A DNA stretch of 64,000 nucleotides from the human T2T-CHM13v2.0 reference genome, Homo sapiens: assembly GCF_009914755.1 (NCBI RefSeq), contig NC_060942.1; one strand, written 5' to 3'. The notes beneath the pieces were generated by a model. It had not been told where the DNA came from. It saw only the letters and a list, made by a program, of their open reading frames with translations, and made no database searches. The translations under genes were made by a program, and so were the position numbers. How positions within the stretch are numbered: the stretch's first letter is position 1; the number at the start of each line of letters is the position of its first letter. Below, piece after piece: positions 17,391 through 34,893 of the stretch.

Positions 17391-17699
17391 ACACAGATGT
17401 CTATCCACCTCTCAATGGGAGTGTTTTCTCTCCTGGTTCCAAATCGCAGTTGCTTAATCCTTTCTTTCCCCAGGCCGGGGCTTTAGTGTGTTCCCATTCA
17501 CTTGTTATTGCTCTTCCTTGCCACCGGATCCTTCTTGACTGAACAGTCCTTACACCTTCACACTTGCCCTGATCTCACCCCTGAGACTTAGTGTAGCAGC
17601 TACTTTATCAATCAGCTGCCCTGGAGTGACCTGAGGAGCTACAAAAATAATTTTCTTAGAATTCTGTTTATTTTCCAGTTTTTCACAAATCCAGTGCAG

Positions 17700-18029
17700 T
17701 GTTGTTGTTGTTATTGTTGTTTTTGCTTTGTTTTGTTTTGTTTTCCTGAAACAGCATCTCACTCTGTGCCCAGACTGATGTGCAGTGGCGCAATCATAGT
17801 TTACTGTAGCCTCAAGTTCCTGGGCTCAGGCAATCCTCCTGCCTCAGCCTCCTAACTAGTTGGGACTACAGGTGCACACCACCATGCCCAGCTAATTTTT
17901 TTAAAAATATTTTTTGTGGACACCAGGTCTATGTTGCCCAAGCTGGTCTCAAACTCCTGGGCTCAAGCAATCCTCCCACCTCAGCCTCCTAAAGTGCTGG
18001 GATTGCAGGTGTGAGCCACTGCACCTGGC
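17700..18029 (-). mobile_element. AluJ
   Basis: Antisense dimer with (GTT)/(GTTTT) tail. Confidence 0.88.
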
Positions 18030-18378
18030 TCCATGCAGTCCTTAAGCTTAAGCTCCATGCTTCTGGTTTCAAAGTTTCTGGAGTATATCACATCTGCCTG
18101 ACAGGTGCAGCCACAGCAGCCCTCTGCGGGGCCCTTCTTGCTTCTTCCTGCAATGCCTCCTTCCGCTCCCCTGCTGCTGGCCACAGAAACTGCTCCTGGC
18201 TTCTTCGTTATGTGAATGCTTGAGTGTTGCCAGCATGGGTGTGGCTTACAGGAGGCTCTTCTGTCACTGTAAGAGAGAGAAGAAATACCTTCCACTACCT
18301 TCATTCATTCTTTTTTTTAAAGGAGCATTTACTATATGCTGGGCAATGCTGGGTGTAGGAGAAATTAAAGTAAATGAG

Positions 18379-18700
18379 AGGCCGAGCACAATGGCTCATG
18401 TCTATGATCCCAGCACTTTGGGAGGACGAGACAAGTAGATTAGTTGAGTCCAAGAGCTTGAGACCAGCCTGGGCAACATAGAGAAACCCCATCTCTACCA
18501 AAAAATGCAAAAATTAGCCAAGCATGGTGGTGTGCGCCTGTAGTCCCAGCTACACAGGAGACTGAAGTTGGAGGATCGCTTGAGCCTGGGAGGTTGGAGG
18601 TTTCAGTGAGGTGAGATCACACCTCTGCACTCCAGCCTGGGCAACAGAGGGAGACCCTGTCTCAAAAAAAAAAAAAAAAGGAAAAAAACAAAACAAAACA
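18379..18700 (+). mobile_element. AluJ
   Basis: Sense dimer with A-tail. Confidence 0.88.
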
Positions 18701-18868
18701 GACATTTGGGGTCCCGACTTCCCAGGCACAAATAAAGTAAATGAGAGAAAAACCGTCTCCAAGGAGCTCCAAGTGTGGTGGACAGACAAGCAAGAAAACC
18801 TAAGCACACAAAAATCAGTGCTGCATGCTGGAGGTAAGCAGTTATAGGAGTTCAAAGGAAAAAGTGCT

Positions 18869-19665
<797 letters not shown>

Positions 19666-19959
19666 TGCCTTAAGTTAGGTTAGGGTAGGGGGGTGGCTTC
19701 AAAGAGGAGGTGTGCCCAAATGGAGGCGGAAGAATAGGGTATACAAAAGGTTCTGGGGCGATAGCGAGTCTGCCACAGACTGAGAACCACCAGAAGTTTG
19801 GTATGGTGGGAATGCAGTGTGTGGTATTGGGGGAAGGGTCAAACCTGATGTTGCAAAGAAAGGCAGAGGTGAAACTGAAGCTTATCTTGGGGTGGGGGTG
19901 GGGCATGGAACTAAAAGAATTTGGAAAGTTCTCAAGTGATGAGGTTGCATTTACACCTG

Positions 19960-20313
19960 CACTGTCCAGTCCGGGCCACCAGCAACCTGTGGCAAGTGAG
20001 CATATGAAACGTGGCCAGTCCAAATTTGAGATGTGCGGTAAGTGTATATGCAACAAGATTTCAAAAACTTAGTATGAAAAAACATAAAAATATCTCATTA
20101 AAATTTTGTGTATTAATAATTTGGGTATATTGGGTTAAAATTTATTAAATGTTTTCCATTCACCTGTTCCTTTTTACTTTCTAAACGAGGCCACTGGCAC
20201 ACTGAGTCTTCTGATCCCAAGTCAGATACCTTATTCATTAGTCAATGTGGTCATCACTGGCAAACGTAAAATTGCATATGTGGCTCACATTAGATTTCTT
20301 TTGGACAGTGCTG
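19960..20313. mobile_element. MER33-like hAT element
   Basis: gcactgtcca..aaatttgagatgtgc..catatgtggctcacatt..ttggacagtgctg. Confidence 0.7.
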
Positions 20314-20705
20314 GTCTAGAGGCTTAGGAGGAAAACAAACTGAGGGGTTGAAACTGGAGGAGAACAGGCTGGACTAGAAGTGACATGGGCTGGAATTGTG
20401 GTGCTGGCATGGAGGAGCAGGGAGGGATAGAAAGGAGCTCTGTGAGGGGCCGTTGGCAGGACCTGGTGGCTGGGAGGCAGTCCAGGAGAGAGGGAGGGTC
20501 CAGGGAAGCCCCCAGTCCCATGATTGTATGGATGGTGGGAAAGGCAAGTTTTTTTTAGGTGTGTAGAATTTCAGATCCCTGGGGCACAGCAGCATCTCCT
20601 CACCAGCACTCCATACAGATGAAGCAGGGTGGCCCGGAAGCTCCTTCTCCAACCTGGTGCAGCTTTCGCAACCTGACTCGCTCTTTCAGTTATTAAGAAT
20701 CAGCC

Positions 20706-21003
20706 AGCCAGCCCAGTGGCTCACTCCTGCGATCTCAACACTTGTGGAGGTCCAGGTGGGAAGTTCGCTTGAGCCCATGAGTTAGAGACCAGCTCGTGCA
20801 ACATGGTGAGACCTTGTCTCTACAAAATATTAAAAAGTTAGCTGAGCATGGTGGTGCACACCTGTAGTCCTAGCTACAGGGAAGCTGAGGCGGGAGGATC
20901 AATTGAGCCTGGGATGTGGAAGTTGTAGTAAGCCAAGACTGCACCACTGCACTTCAGTCTCGACCACAGAGTGAGACCCTGTCCCAAAAAAAGAAAAAAA
21001 AAG
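20706..21003 (+). mobile_element. AluJ
   Basis: Diverged sense dimer. Confidence 0.85.
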
Positions 21004-21727
21004 GAATCTGATGCACATTCCCTCAGGGTGGGATCTGGGAGACAATGTGAGGAGTGACTGTACCCTATAAGTTCCCCCAACCCCTGCTATAGTAAAACAA
21101 TTGCCCTCCTCACAATCTCTCAGCCCCAGCTTTGGTCTCTCCTGCCAGCCACCCAGTGCATCCCTTCCTTGGGTGCACAACCCAGGATTCCAAGCTATGC
21201 GGAGACCACTTTCTCTTGTCACTTAATTGAAGTCTTGGAGCCCAGCCTCATCTCCATCTCCTCTAATTACTGCTTCCCAGTAACAAAACCCTTTGGGCCA
21301 TGTCTGGGTGGTCCAAATTTTCTGAGTGTGATTCCTAGGGACACTCTCCATGAGTTCCTACACGTGTTTAAAAGAGCGGGCCCTGTTATTGTAAATTTAC
21401 AAATGAGGACACTGACACCCAGAAAGATTATGTCTGTATGTTGGTGCATACAGAGCTAGAGTTTGGACCTCCTGGCTTCCAGCTCCGGGTTTTTGTTTTT
21501 TTCAGAATACCCATTTGTTCTCCTCCTATATTACAGAACAATAATGAAGTTACGAAACCCTTCAAGAGATTTTTAAAAAATCAGTCTCTATCCATCTGAT
21601 ATCCTAAATTCTGACACCTTTCAAATACTTTGTATCAGTCGTTCCTTAACTATTTGCAGCATAAATGAATGGATGAATGAACGCTTTGCACTGTCTTAGA
21701 AAACAGGAGCTATAAAACATTAAAGCA

Positions 21728-22100
<373 letters not shown>

Positions 22101-22353
22101 TTACAGCAGAACAACCCGTTAAAGATAATGGGTCTTCTGGTTTCCACCTGAAGGCTTAGATAAGACTTCATGAGTAAAGGAGTCCACTGAAATAAGTATG
22201 AATTACTGAGTCAGGGCACCCCACCCTACAGGTGAAGGTGCTGAGACTCAGAGCAGTCAGAGTCACACAGCACATTTGTGATTCAGACTTCCCAAGGTCC
22301 TGGTGTCTGCCTTGCACCCAAGCTGAAACCTTAACTAACAGAAGTGCAATTTG

Positions 22354-22639
<286 letters not shown>

Positions 22640-23388
22640 TTATACTTCTGGTGCAAATCAGACTGGTATTCTGTCATTCACTATCAAATATAGAGTTGAA
22701 AATCGAATTGCATGGTTCTAATTCTTTCATGAGACTCCAATTATTGTCAAGATTTAAAAAGGACTCTGACTTCACCTAGGAATTAGTTGCTAGTGGTAGC
22801 AGCTAATAACGTGATGGGTCAGAACTCAAATTCTAGAGTCAGGAAGAGCCAGAAAATCACTTTACCTCATCTCTCAGCCTCTGTTTCTGCATCACAAAAA
22901 CAGGAATAATAGCCATATCTATCTTCATTGCTTGTGGAGAATCAAATGACTTGATGTACTGAAAGCACTTAGCATGGACCCAGCACATGACAGATATCCA
23001 ATTGTGTTTATTCTTCTGGTTATGATTAGGACTGTAGTACCTAAGGGTGGTGTGGGGGGTAGGGGCTTGGCCTTATTATGCTTCCAATATTTCCAGGTGT
23101 TTTTAAGAGCTCTACATGAAAAGAGTTATTTTCCAAATTACATGAAAGAAGATTGAATGGGCAGGTGCACGATGATTCACACTTGTAAAAGGTTTTGCGG
23201 TTTATTTCCCCATCACAGGGGATGGTGGGGTGCGGGAGCTGTCAGCCACTCCAGATGGCATCAGGGAGACGATTTGATAGGGAGGACTTCTTGAGCAGTG
23301 AAGAAAATCTATTAAAAGGCCACAGGGCCTTCAGGACGCCTCCTATCTGGTGTCTTTTTCCTGGAAATTCGCTATCAAGTGTCATTTC

Positions 23389-23429
23389 CAGATGAGATCA
23401 GGCACGTTCAAGGTGGTATGGCTATAAAC
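23389..23429 (-). pseudogene. 5S rRNA pseudogene fragment (5' ~41 nt)
   Basis: Reverse complement GTTTATAGCCATACCACCTTGAACGTGCCTGATCTCATCTG matches the 5S 5' end (GTCTACGGCCATACCACCCTGAACGCGCCCGATCTCGTCTG), mostly with CpG-type transitions. Flanked by gtgtcatttcca at 23379-23390 and 23432-23443. Confidence 0.88.
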
Positions 23430-23825
23430 GGGTGTCATTTCCAATCAAACCAAGTTGTCGTAAGAGGAGTTTCTTTTTAAGCCATTATCTGTCATCTTTG
23501 GCTTGTTAAGGCACAAGGATCTGGGAGCAGGTGTTGGTAGAGCAAGGAGAGGAAAGAGCCAGAAAACTTACTCATTTTTTTTTTAAGTCTCTAGGGCAGA
23601 GCTTGTTGATTGATGGTTTCAGGCCATCTCTCTTGAATGAATGAGTGAATGAGTGGTGTACTACCTTCCATGGAGAGGATGCAGCACAGCAAGGACCAAG
23701 AAGTCTGAGGCTACCAACCATCGGTTTCATTCCAGTCGATCTTTGTGTCCAAGATCGCTCTTTTGCGGATGAATGAATTGTGAAGTGAAGCGACCCAGTT
23801 GGACACACATGTAGCTTAGTGAAAT

Positions 23826-25323
23826 TGTGTCCGGAATTGGTGGGTTCTTGGTCTCACTAACTTCAAGAATGAAGCCGCGGACCCTCGCGGTGAGTGTTAC
23901 AGCTCTTAAGGTGGCGCGTCTGGAGTCTGTCCCTTCTGGTGTTCAAATGTGTTCGGAGTTTCTTCCTTCTGGTGGGTTCGTGGTCTTGCTGGCTCAGGAG
24001 TGAAGCTGCAGACCTTCGCGGTGAGTGTTACAGCTCTTAAGGGAGCGCATCTGGAGTTGTTCGTTCCTCCCGGTGGGCTCGTGGTCTCGCTGGGCTCAGG
24101 AGTGAAGCTGCAGATCTTCGTGGTGAGTGTTACAGTTCATAAAAGCAGCGTGGACCCAAAGAGTGAGCAGTAGCAAGATTTATTGCAAAGAGCGAAAGAA
24201 CAAAGCTTCCACAGTGTGGAAGGGGACATGAGCAGGTTGCCAATGCTGGCTTGGGCAGCATGCTTTTATTCTCTTATCTGGCCCCACCCACATCCTGCTG
24301 ATTGGTAGAGCCGAGTGGCCTGTTTTGACAGGGTACCGACTGGTGCATTTACAATCCCTGAGCTAGACATAAAGTTTCTCCAAGGCCCCACCAGAGCAGC
24401 TAGATACAGAGTGTTGATTGGTGCACTCACAAACCTTGAGCTAAACATAGGGTGCTGATTGGCGTGTTTACAAGCCTTGAGCTAGATACAGAGTGCCGAT
24501 TGGTGGATTTACAATCCCTGAGCTAGATATAAAGGTTCTCTGAGGCCCCACCAGAGCAGCTAGATACAGAGTGTCAATTGGTGCACTCACGAACCTTGAG
24601 ATAAACACAGGGTGCTGATTGGTGTGTTTACAATCCCTGAGCTAGACATAAAGACTCTCCACGTCCCCACCAGACTCAGGAGCCCAGCTGGCTTCACCTA
24701 GTGGATACCGCACCAGGGCTGCAGGTGGAGCTGCCTGCCAGTCCCGTGCCGTGCGCTTGCACTCCTCAGCCCTTGGGTGGTCGATGGGACTGGGCGCCGT
24801 GGAGCAGGGGGTGGTGCTCGTCAGGGAGGCTGGGGCAGCACAGGAGCCCATGGAGTGGGTAGGAGGCTCAGGCATGGCGGGCTGCAGGTCCCGAGCCCTG
24901 CCCCGCGGGAAAGCAGCTAAGGTCCGGCGAGAAATCGATCACAGCGCCGGTGGGCCGGCACTGCTGCGGGACCCAGTACACCCTCTGCAGCCGCTGGCCC
25001 GGGTGCCAAGTCCCTCACTGCCCGGGGCCGGCAGGGCCGGCCGGCTGCTCCGAGTGCAGGCCCGCCAAGCCCATGCCCACCCGGAACTCCAGCTGGCCCA
25101 CAAGCGCTGCACGCAGCCCTGGTTCCCGCTCGCGCCTCTCCCTCCACACCTCCCTGCAAGCTGAGGGAGTGGGCTCCAGCCTTGGCCAGCCCAGAAAGGG
25201 GCTCCCACAGTGCAGTGGTGGGCTGAAGGGTTCCTCAAATGCCGCCAAAGTGGGAGCCCAGGCAGAGGAGGTGCCAAGAGCAAGCGAGGGCTCTGAGGAC
25301 TGCCAGCACGCTGTCATCTCTCA
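23826..25323 (-). mobile_element. Solo LTR12 (LTR12C-like, ERV9), full length ~1.5 kb
   Basis: Minus strand begins TGAGAGATGACAGCGTGCTGGCAGTCCTCAGAGCCC and ends CCAATTCCGGACACA. Tandem CCAAT-containing U3 repeats at 24300-24650, U5 repeats at 23870-24140, CpG-rich 5' part. 4-bp TSD AAAT at 23822-23825 and 25324-25327. Confidence 0.95.
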
Positions 25324-27171
25324 AAATCACCACCGCAAGAATCCAGGCATACCATGTTCCTTCCCCTCCCCTGCATGCACTAAAGCCCAACATCCTGAAA
25401 AAGACTACTGTAATGGGAGATTCCTGCATTTGACCTCAAAGCCCCAAACCCCCATGACTCTGAGGAGCTGCTGTACCATTGGTGACAGCTCCGTGGCTCT
25501 GTATTTATTTATTTCTCACTTCATGCAAAAACACTATCAACATTCAATCAAGTCTCAAAGAAAAGGGTCAGAAGGCAAGTGGTTTAAACTACCTAAACTA
25601 AACAATCCTTAGAAAAACTATTTTCTTTGTCTTAAGGTCAAACTGTTGTTCTCAATACTGTGAGCAAATAATAAATCAGAGTGAGCCGAGCTGTGTCGTT
25701 GCCATGGAAACCCCACCCATCCGGCAGCACTGGACCACCTCTCTGCGAATCCAGACAGTTGTGAAAAGTGTGAAAGTTGCTCCAGCTCATTGATAGGATG
25801 CTTCCCCAATGTTATGAAACTTGTAGCCCACAGTAACTATTTTGAGGCCGGCTTTATTTTTCTTTTAGCCTGAATTCCCTGAAATCCAAGGTCAAGATTA
25901 AGAAAACTTAGAGTAGCAGTTTAGGGGATTTAAGGAAAACAGCAAGACTTAGCATAAGCTTTCAAAATGCTGTCAATCCTGTAAGGGGAACTTTGGTATA
26001 AGAAATCTCCATGTAAAGAAACAAATTTGTTTTCCCCGAGATTAAACTGAGACCAAAACACATTTGAAAATCTTTTCCCCAAGCACTTATCACCTTACTT
26101 TTTCTCATGAGAAGGGCCTTTTCCCTGCAGCTGTCTGGATGTCCCTGAAAAGGCTATTATGCTGTTTGTGATAGCACTATCTATTGCCAGGCTGGTGTGC
26201 TGCTGCTGGACTGAGGATGGTCTGCACATTCTTCACGGCCTTATGACGTTGATGTGCTCCTGGGGAGAACACGAGCCTCCTGGTATCACTATCAAGGTTG
26301 AGCTTGTGCACCATCATGCCTCAGTAGCAATTCTGGCAATCCTTTATGGACTGGTCACTCCATCCCAAGCACTGTTCTCGGTGATTCGCTGGTGTTACAT
26401 CATCCAGTCCTTACAATAAGCCTATCCCCATTTTCTAGGTGAGAAAACTGAGGCATGGGAAGGAACATCATTTGCCCGAAGCCCCACGGCCAGTAGGTGG
26501 TGGGGCCTGGAATCAGAAACAGGCTCTCTGACCTGGATGAGCACGTGCTCAGCCACTACCCCATCTGGCTGGCTCTCTTTTTACAAATCTAAAGTCTATT
26601 TAGCACAGAGAGTCACTGTCTAGGCTACTTTCCCTACAGAAACCTCCTTTGAGTCTCTCACCACCATTTCACTGATAGGTTCTGTCTCCCTAAAACCCTT
26701 AAAGATTCTTAGTGACCTCAGTTAGCCAGCAGGGCAGCCTGTGCTTTGCCTGCAAAAGAGTCATAGGGTTCCCTTAAGGAAAGAGGAAATGAATCAGAGG
26801 TTCATTCCATACGATGTCCTTCAGTGATTTCTTGCCACTCACAGTTAGTTAGCCAAGTTGGGTGATTTATGGCCCTGGTATTCTAAGAGCAGTCTGGTAG
26901 GAGCCAGGCAGCCTGGTGAGCTCCATGGCCACAGGCTGTGTGCAGAATTCCAGGCTACCATCTTGCAAATGCATAGATCTGAGGGGGGATCTTGGTGAGC
27001 AGTTGGAAATGAATGATTGCAGCCGTTACTAGAGCCAGAAAACAACTTCAGGTGCGCGCGGGGGTTAGGGATGTGCATGCAAACAAAAGGAGGACATTAT
27101 TTACAAGAAAAATTTCAGGACCACTCAGGATTTGCCTAGAGCCTGAAGCCCAAGTTTAAGACTTAAAAGCG

Positions 27172-27819
<648 letters not shown>

Positions 27820-27925
27820 TGAATATTTCATTTAAGCCTTGTATATAATACATTCCCAACAAATGATTGTTGAATAATGAATAAAAGGGATCTATTTAGT
27901 GCATTATGGCATTCTTGTAGGATGT

Positions 27926-28797
<872 letters not shown>

Positions 28798-31305
28798 GAT
28801 GTACATCTCCTACTTGTTAAATGATTCCACCCTGGTTGAAGGAAAGGATTAGATTACATTCATTTCACATGTCATTTATGAAGCTATTTGCAAAGTCTTA
28901 TCATATTCATCGTCTTAGTCATCACTATCATCATCGTCGTTGTTGTAGTAAGGAAGACCAGCTGCTCTGGGTATGAAAACTGAGGGTTGGTACCCAACAT
29001 TCCAGATCAGTGGGTCACTGCCACACCCAATTCCCCTCAGCTGTGCTGGAGGCTGTAGCATAGGTCAGCTGCCTTGCTTTGCCTTCTGTTTTTGATTTTC
29101 TGGTTCTCTTCTATTGACCCAGCTTCTGAAATCTTCAGAAGCTATAGCTGGCTTTCCTGAGAAAAAAATGCAAATAGCAGGAGGCTGTCTGGGTGTGTAG
29201 ATGCCCTAAGATAAAAGACTTAACAAAACCACAGAGATAGAAAGAGGTAGCAAGCTAGGCAGAATACTGACCCCAGCCAGGCAGGAGCTGTGAGAGCTGG
29301 CTCACTGGGTGGGCAGAGTGCTAAGCAGAAGCATCTGAAGATAAGGGCTAATGGTCCAGACTGCAGCCAGCGCTAGGATGAGACTCTCCGCAGGAAACAC
29401 CCTCACAGACATACCCAGGCTTGGGATTCTGTCCCCTCTCCATGAATCTGGGTCAGTGCTCATGGCTCAGTCAATAGTTGATTATTCACATCATGAACAG
29501 CTTGTGGGTTTCTAGACCCTTAGATTCCAGCTCTCCCTGAAACTCTTCACTGCTCAGTTACCTCACTAGACCTTCCCAGTCTAAGGGAGGGAAAGGAAAT
29601 AGAATTAAAAATCCATCAGAGGCTTTCCCTATTGGCACAGTCCTGCCAGAAGGCGGAGTGGGAGAGGAGGTTAGAAGCGATGGTTTAATGAGGTGCTGTG
29701 ATTGTTGGAGGTGGCCTGGTCCCCGCTGGGAAGTTACTGTAATCAGAGTGAGGTCTGCCAGAGGCGATGGGGAGCAGAGAGCCCAGGACTGGGTGGGAAG
29801 GAGATGTCTGTGCGCTCAGCACTGAACATGCCTCTTTGCAGGCAGCACTGCTTTGTGGGGGGCTATGGCCTCACTTTTAAGGATCAAAGTAGCAGAAACC
29901 TCTTGTGAGTATAGGAAAGGAACAGCGCCCTCCCCCATTCTTCATGGCCAACAAGTCCTTGAGCCTGAATGTCATCCCCTGTCCCCGATAAAACATCACG
30001 AGAAAGCCTTGACAAACAATGTGAGCAATGGTAATGATGTTAGTAAGCCCTTCTTCCCCATCCCTCTCATTCCCATCAGGAGGGCTATCCCGGCAGCTCC
30101 CTAATACCTCATATAATTCAATCAAGAGAGTCGGCTATTTCTTTATTTGATTTTATTTTTGCTTTTTGCGGAGAGTGTTTCTGTATGCAAATGATAAATT
30201 TCAGAAACAAATCAGAGAGGAACAGTGGTCCTCACAGCAGCTCACTGTGGCAGAGTTAAACCACAGCACTCTAACCTCAAAATGCATGCTTTGGCCATAG
30301 TCACAGCTGGCCAAAGTTGCTTCTAGTTACTCATCTTCCTCTAGGCTCCCAAAATGTTTTCCTGGAATATGCTCATGGGGAGTGGAGGAACGGGGATGTT
30401 ATTTATAATCTCACAGAATCCTCATTCTCATACTGAATGCTTGCAGTGGTTACTTTCCACAGGAAGAATAACAGCTCATGTGAGCTGGGAGGAATTCGAG
30501 GGAGTTACTTGGCACCCCTGACACCCCCAACCTGCATTCAATTTAGAGGAGTCTTGGCCTTCTGAGGATGGGCTAGGGAGCAATGGCCCCATTGCACAAA
30601 CCTGTCTGAGCCTTTGCTTCAGGGGATGCCAACCCTTTCAGTCTATACCCTGCCTTCAGCAGTGACATCATGGGAAACCTATAACAAAGGCAATGACAGG
30701 GATGAATTGTTCTGATCCAAGGTGGTGCTGCTTCCAGCATCCTGGATCCATAAATTTACTGTTCACACAACTAAGCTCACCCTGAATCAGTGATAAATTC
30801 TGGAATGCGCATTGGCTGCAGCCACAGCCACAGAATGTCTTCAACAAGGACAGAAGAGACAGATTAAGGATTATTTTTAGAGAAATGAGAATAAACGACC
30901 TAGGAAGAACTCAGGTTCTGGCACTGCCCCCGTAGGTTCATATCCATGTTGTACCACTTACTAGCTTGGGCCATAGATAAATTAACCCGTCTAGTCCTCA
31001 ATTTCCTCATCTTTAAAATGGGAATGACAATAATTCCCACAACATAAAGCTACTGCAAGTTAGATAATACATGAAAGTCCTATAGGACAGAGCACTGGGC
31101 ATATAAAAATGTGCTCAGCAAACACACAGTGTATATGTTTCCGTGAGTGTGCACTTAGTGACAACAGAAATTATAAACAAGCATCCTAATTTTATCCAAC
31201 CCTTTAGGATCATAGAAAGTCACTTGGTTATTTTTGTTTCAGATTTTTATCTTAGAAAATGATGTGCCTACTTTAAGAATGGGGCAATTAATTCAATAAC
31301 GTTTA

Positions 31306-31672
<367 letters not shown>

Positions 31673-32597
31673 CAGTCCTGAATGAAGAAAAAATATATTT
31701 AAAAATTTTTAAAAAATATCTTAAGATTAATCCTAACCTTTTTAAGTGTCTTCTTTGATGAATTTGTTCTGAGTGTTTTATAAATGTCTCACCAGTGAGC
31801 TTATTTTACATGCTACACATTTTTTTCATACTACCAGGGGTATTCCATAAGCACAGTTGGTTGAATAAAGCATGTACAATTCAGCAATAGACAGTGTCTG
31901 TGTGTAACTGACTTATTACGTGACAGTCAATAAATGAGCTTTGGGGTATCCATAACTGCTTTCTGAAAGCTGCTGTGGGCAATAACTACTTATCAAGGAG
32001 AGCAATAGGAGGAAGCCCATGATTGACGCTCTCTTTGGTGATTCAGGACATTGCTGGTTGGCCTGCAGCTGAAATACACTGGGGCAGACTTTTCTAATCA
32101 AGCCATATTCTGGGAAAGATCTTCTCCTTTGGCTCATTTGCAACTGAGATGGGCTTAATTAGCCAAATCTCAGATTGTAAGAAGAGTTAGAAAAATCTGT
32201 CCCTTCTGGCCATATATCTTCCTATATCACACAATGCTGTTATCCTGCATCATATCACTAATGTTGAAACTCAGAGAAAGTTGGAAAATACCCAGAGAAA
32301 ACAGTAATTAACTCAGGAGGTTACCTTACGAATGTTGTGACCATCCTATGTAGAGATGCCGTGCTCTCAGAATGCTAACAGAACCTCTCAGAATGACATT
32401 CTTTAAGTTTGAAATTAAAACAGAGTAAGTGTTGGTAAGTGACCAAAGGGGAACTTTCCATTGTTCTATTAATTAAAGCCATTCCCCAATTGCAGAAACA
32501 TGTTTTTATTATTTATTCAGTTTCCAGCTAAGCAATAAGAACACATACTGTTATGGGGTATTTCATTTATTCAGAACTTTAGCTTCCCATTTCCTGG

Positions 32598-33363
<766 letters not shown>

Positions 33364-33890
33364 CCTGGTTTGTACATTTCTTTTAACTCAATTCAATGTC
33401 AGTTTGTAGGATATGAAGGGCAATTTGGGTTAAACATTCAGAACTTAATCCTTAAGCCATTTGTATCTGCTAATACTCGAAGCCTCACAACATGTAAGTA
33501 TTCTATACATCCGAGGTGGCCAGCCAGGGACATGTGAGTCCTTAGAACTCTACGTGCTGCCCTGGAAGCACTTAGAATGGAAAGCAGCTGACATTATAAA
33601 CTGTCAGATTTCTGTGATTTAAGGCCTTAATACATCTCTTAGCTACATAATCACCAAATGAAGTATTTATCATACTGTCTTTAGAAGAAAATCACTAGAA
33701 AGTATCACTGGAAAGCAAATATTGCTATTAGTTCCAGAATAATAAATAAGCCAGGTAGAAACCTTTAAAGAACTATTGAGACTTGTATTGGCCCTGATGA
33801 ATTCTGGTTCCTATTTTGGTTAACTTTACCAGAAATAGTTTTTTAAAATGACTATTTATGTGAAAGTTGAATAAAACCAGAATTTGATCA

Positions 33891-34253
<363 letters not shown>

Positions 34254-34893
34254 TGTGCTTTATAAATAGCAAAGAAAGCACAATTTTAAAAGGATTAACC
34301 GATGAAGATAAAAGAGATTTTTAAAATAATTGTATCAAAGACAAATGTTGGAATATTTGACTGCTATTAACATTTTGTTTGTAAAACATTTAATGACATG
34401 GGAAATGCTTAATATGTAGTTTGGCCAGGAAAATAAAAATTAAGAAATCATATATTGTATGTATAATCCCAACTAGGTAAAAAAAATCTGTGCATAGGAA
34501 AAAAAGGTAACAGAGACAATGATTGTGTAGTAGGATTTCAAGGAAGTTTTATGCTTTTTACTATTTTCCAAATTCTCAACATAGGCAAAAATTTCTTCTA
34601 TAATCTCAAAACAATTCAATGCAAAAAGTAAATGTACCCAAATAGCAATAGTAATTTTCTGTAGACTGTAATATTATGGATTTTTTTCTTTAATTTAGTC
34701 TTTTGTACTTTCCATTTATTGTAACATAAGATTTTAAATTTCACACTGAAAGAAAAAGAAAATAAACTTCTAGAAAATTAGATAAGTTTATAAACGATAT
34801 AGTGAAAATGGGTATTTGCAAGGTTTTAGAGTTGCATTACATTGACCCATTAAACTTTTGAGATGATGTCACAAGGAATAGCTGTAATACCTG

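Noticed and set aside
24300-24660. Regularly spaced ~40-bp repeats resembling a CRISPR array
   Set aside because: These are LTR12 U3 enhancer repeats with no unique spacers, in eukaryotic DNA.
24642-25612. ORFs up to 220 aa
   Set aside because: They lie in the GC-rich U3 of LTR12, a common source of spurious ORFs.
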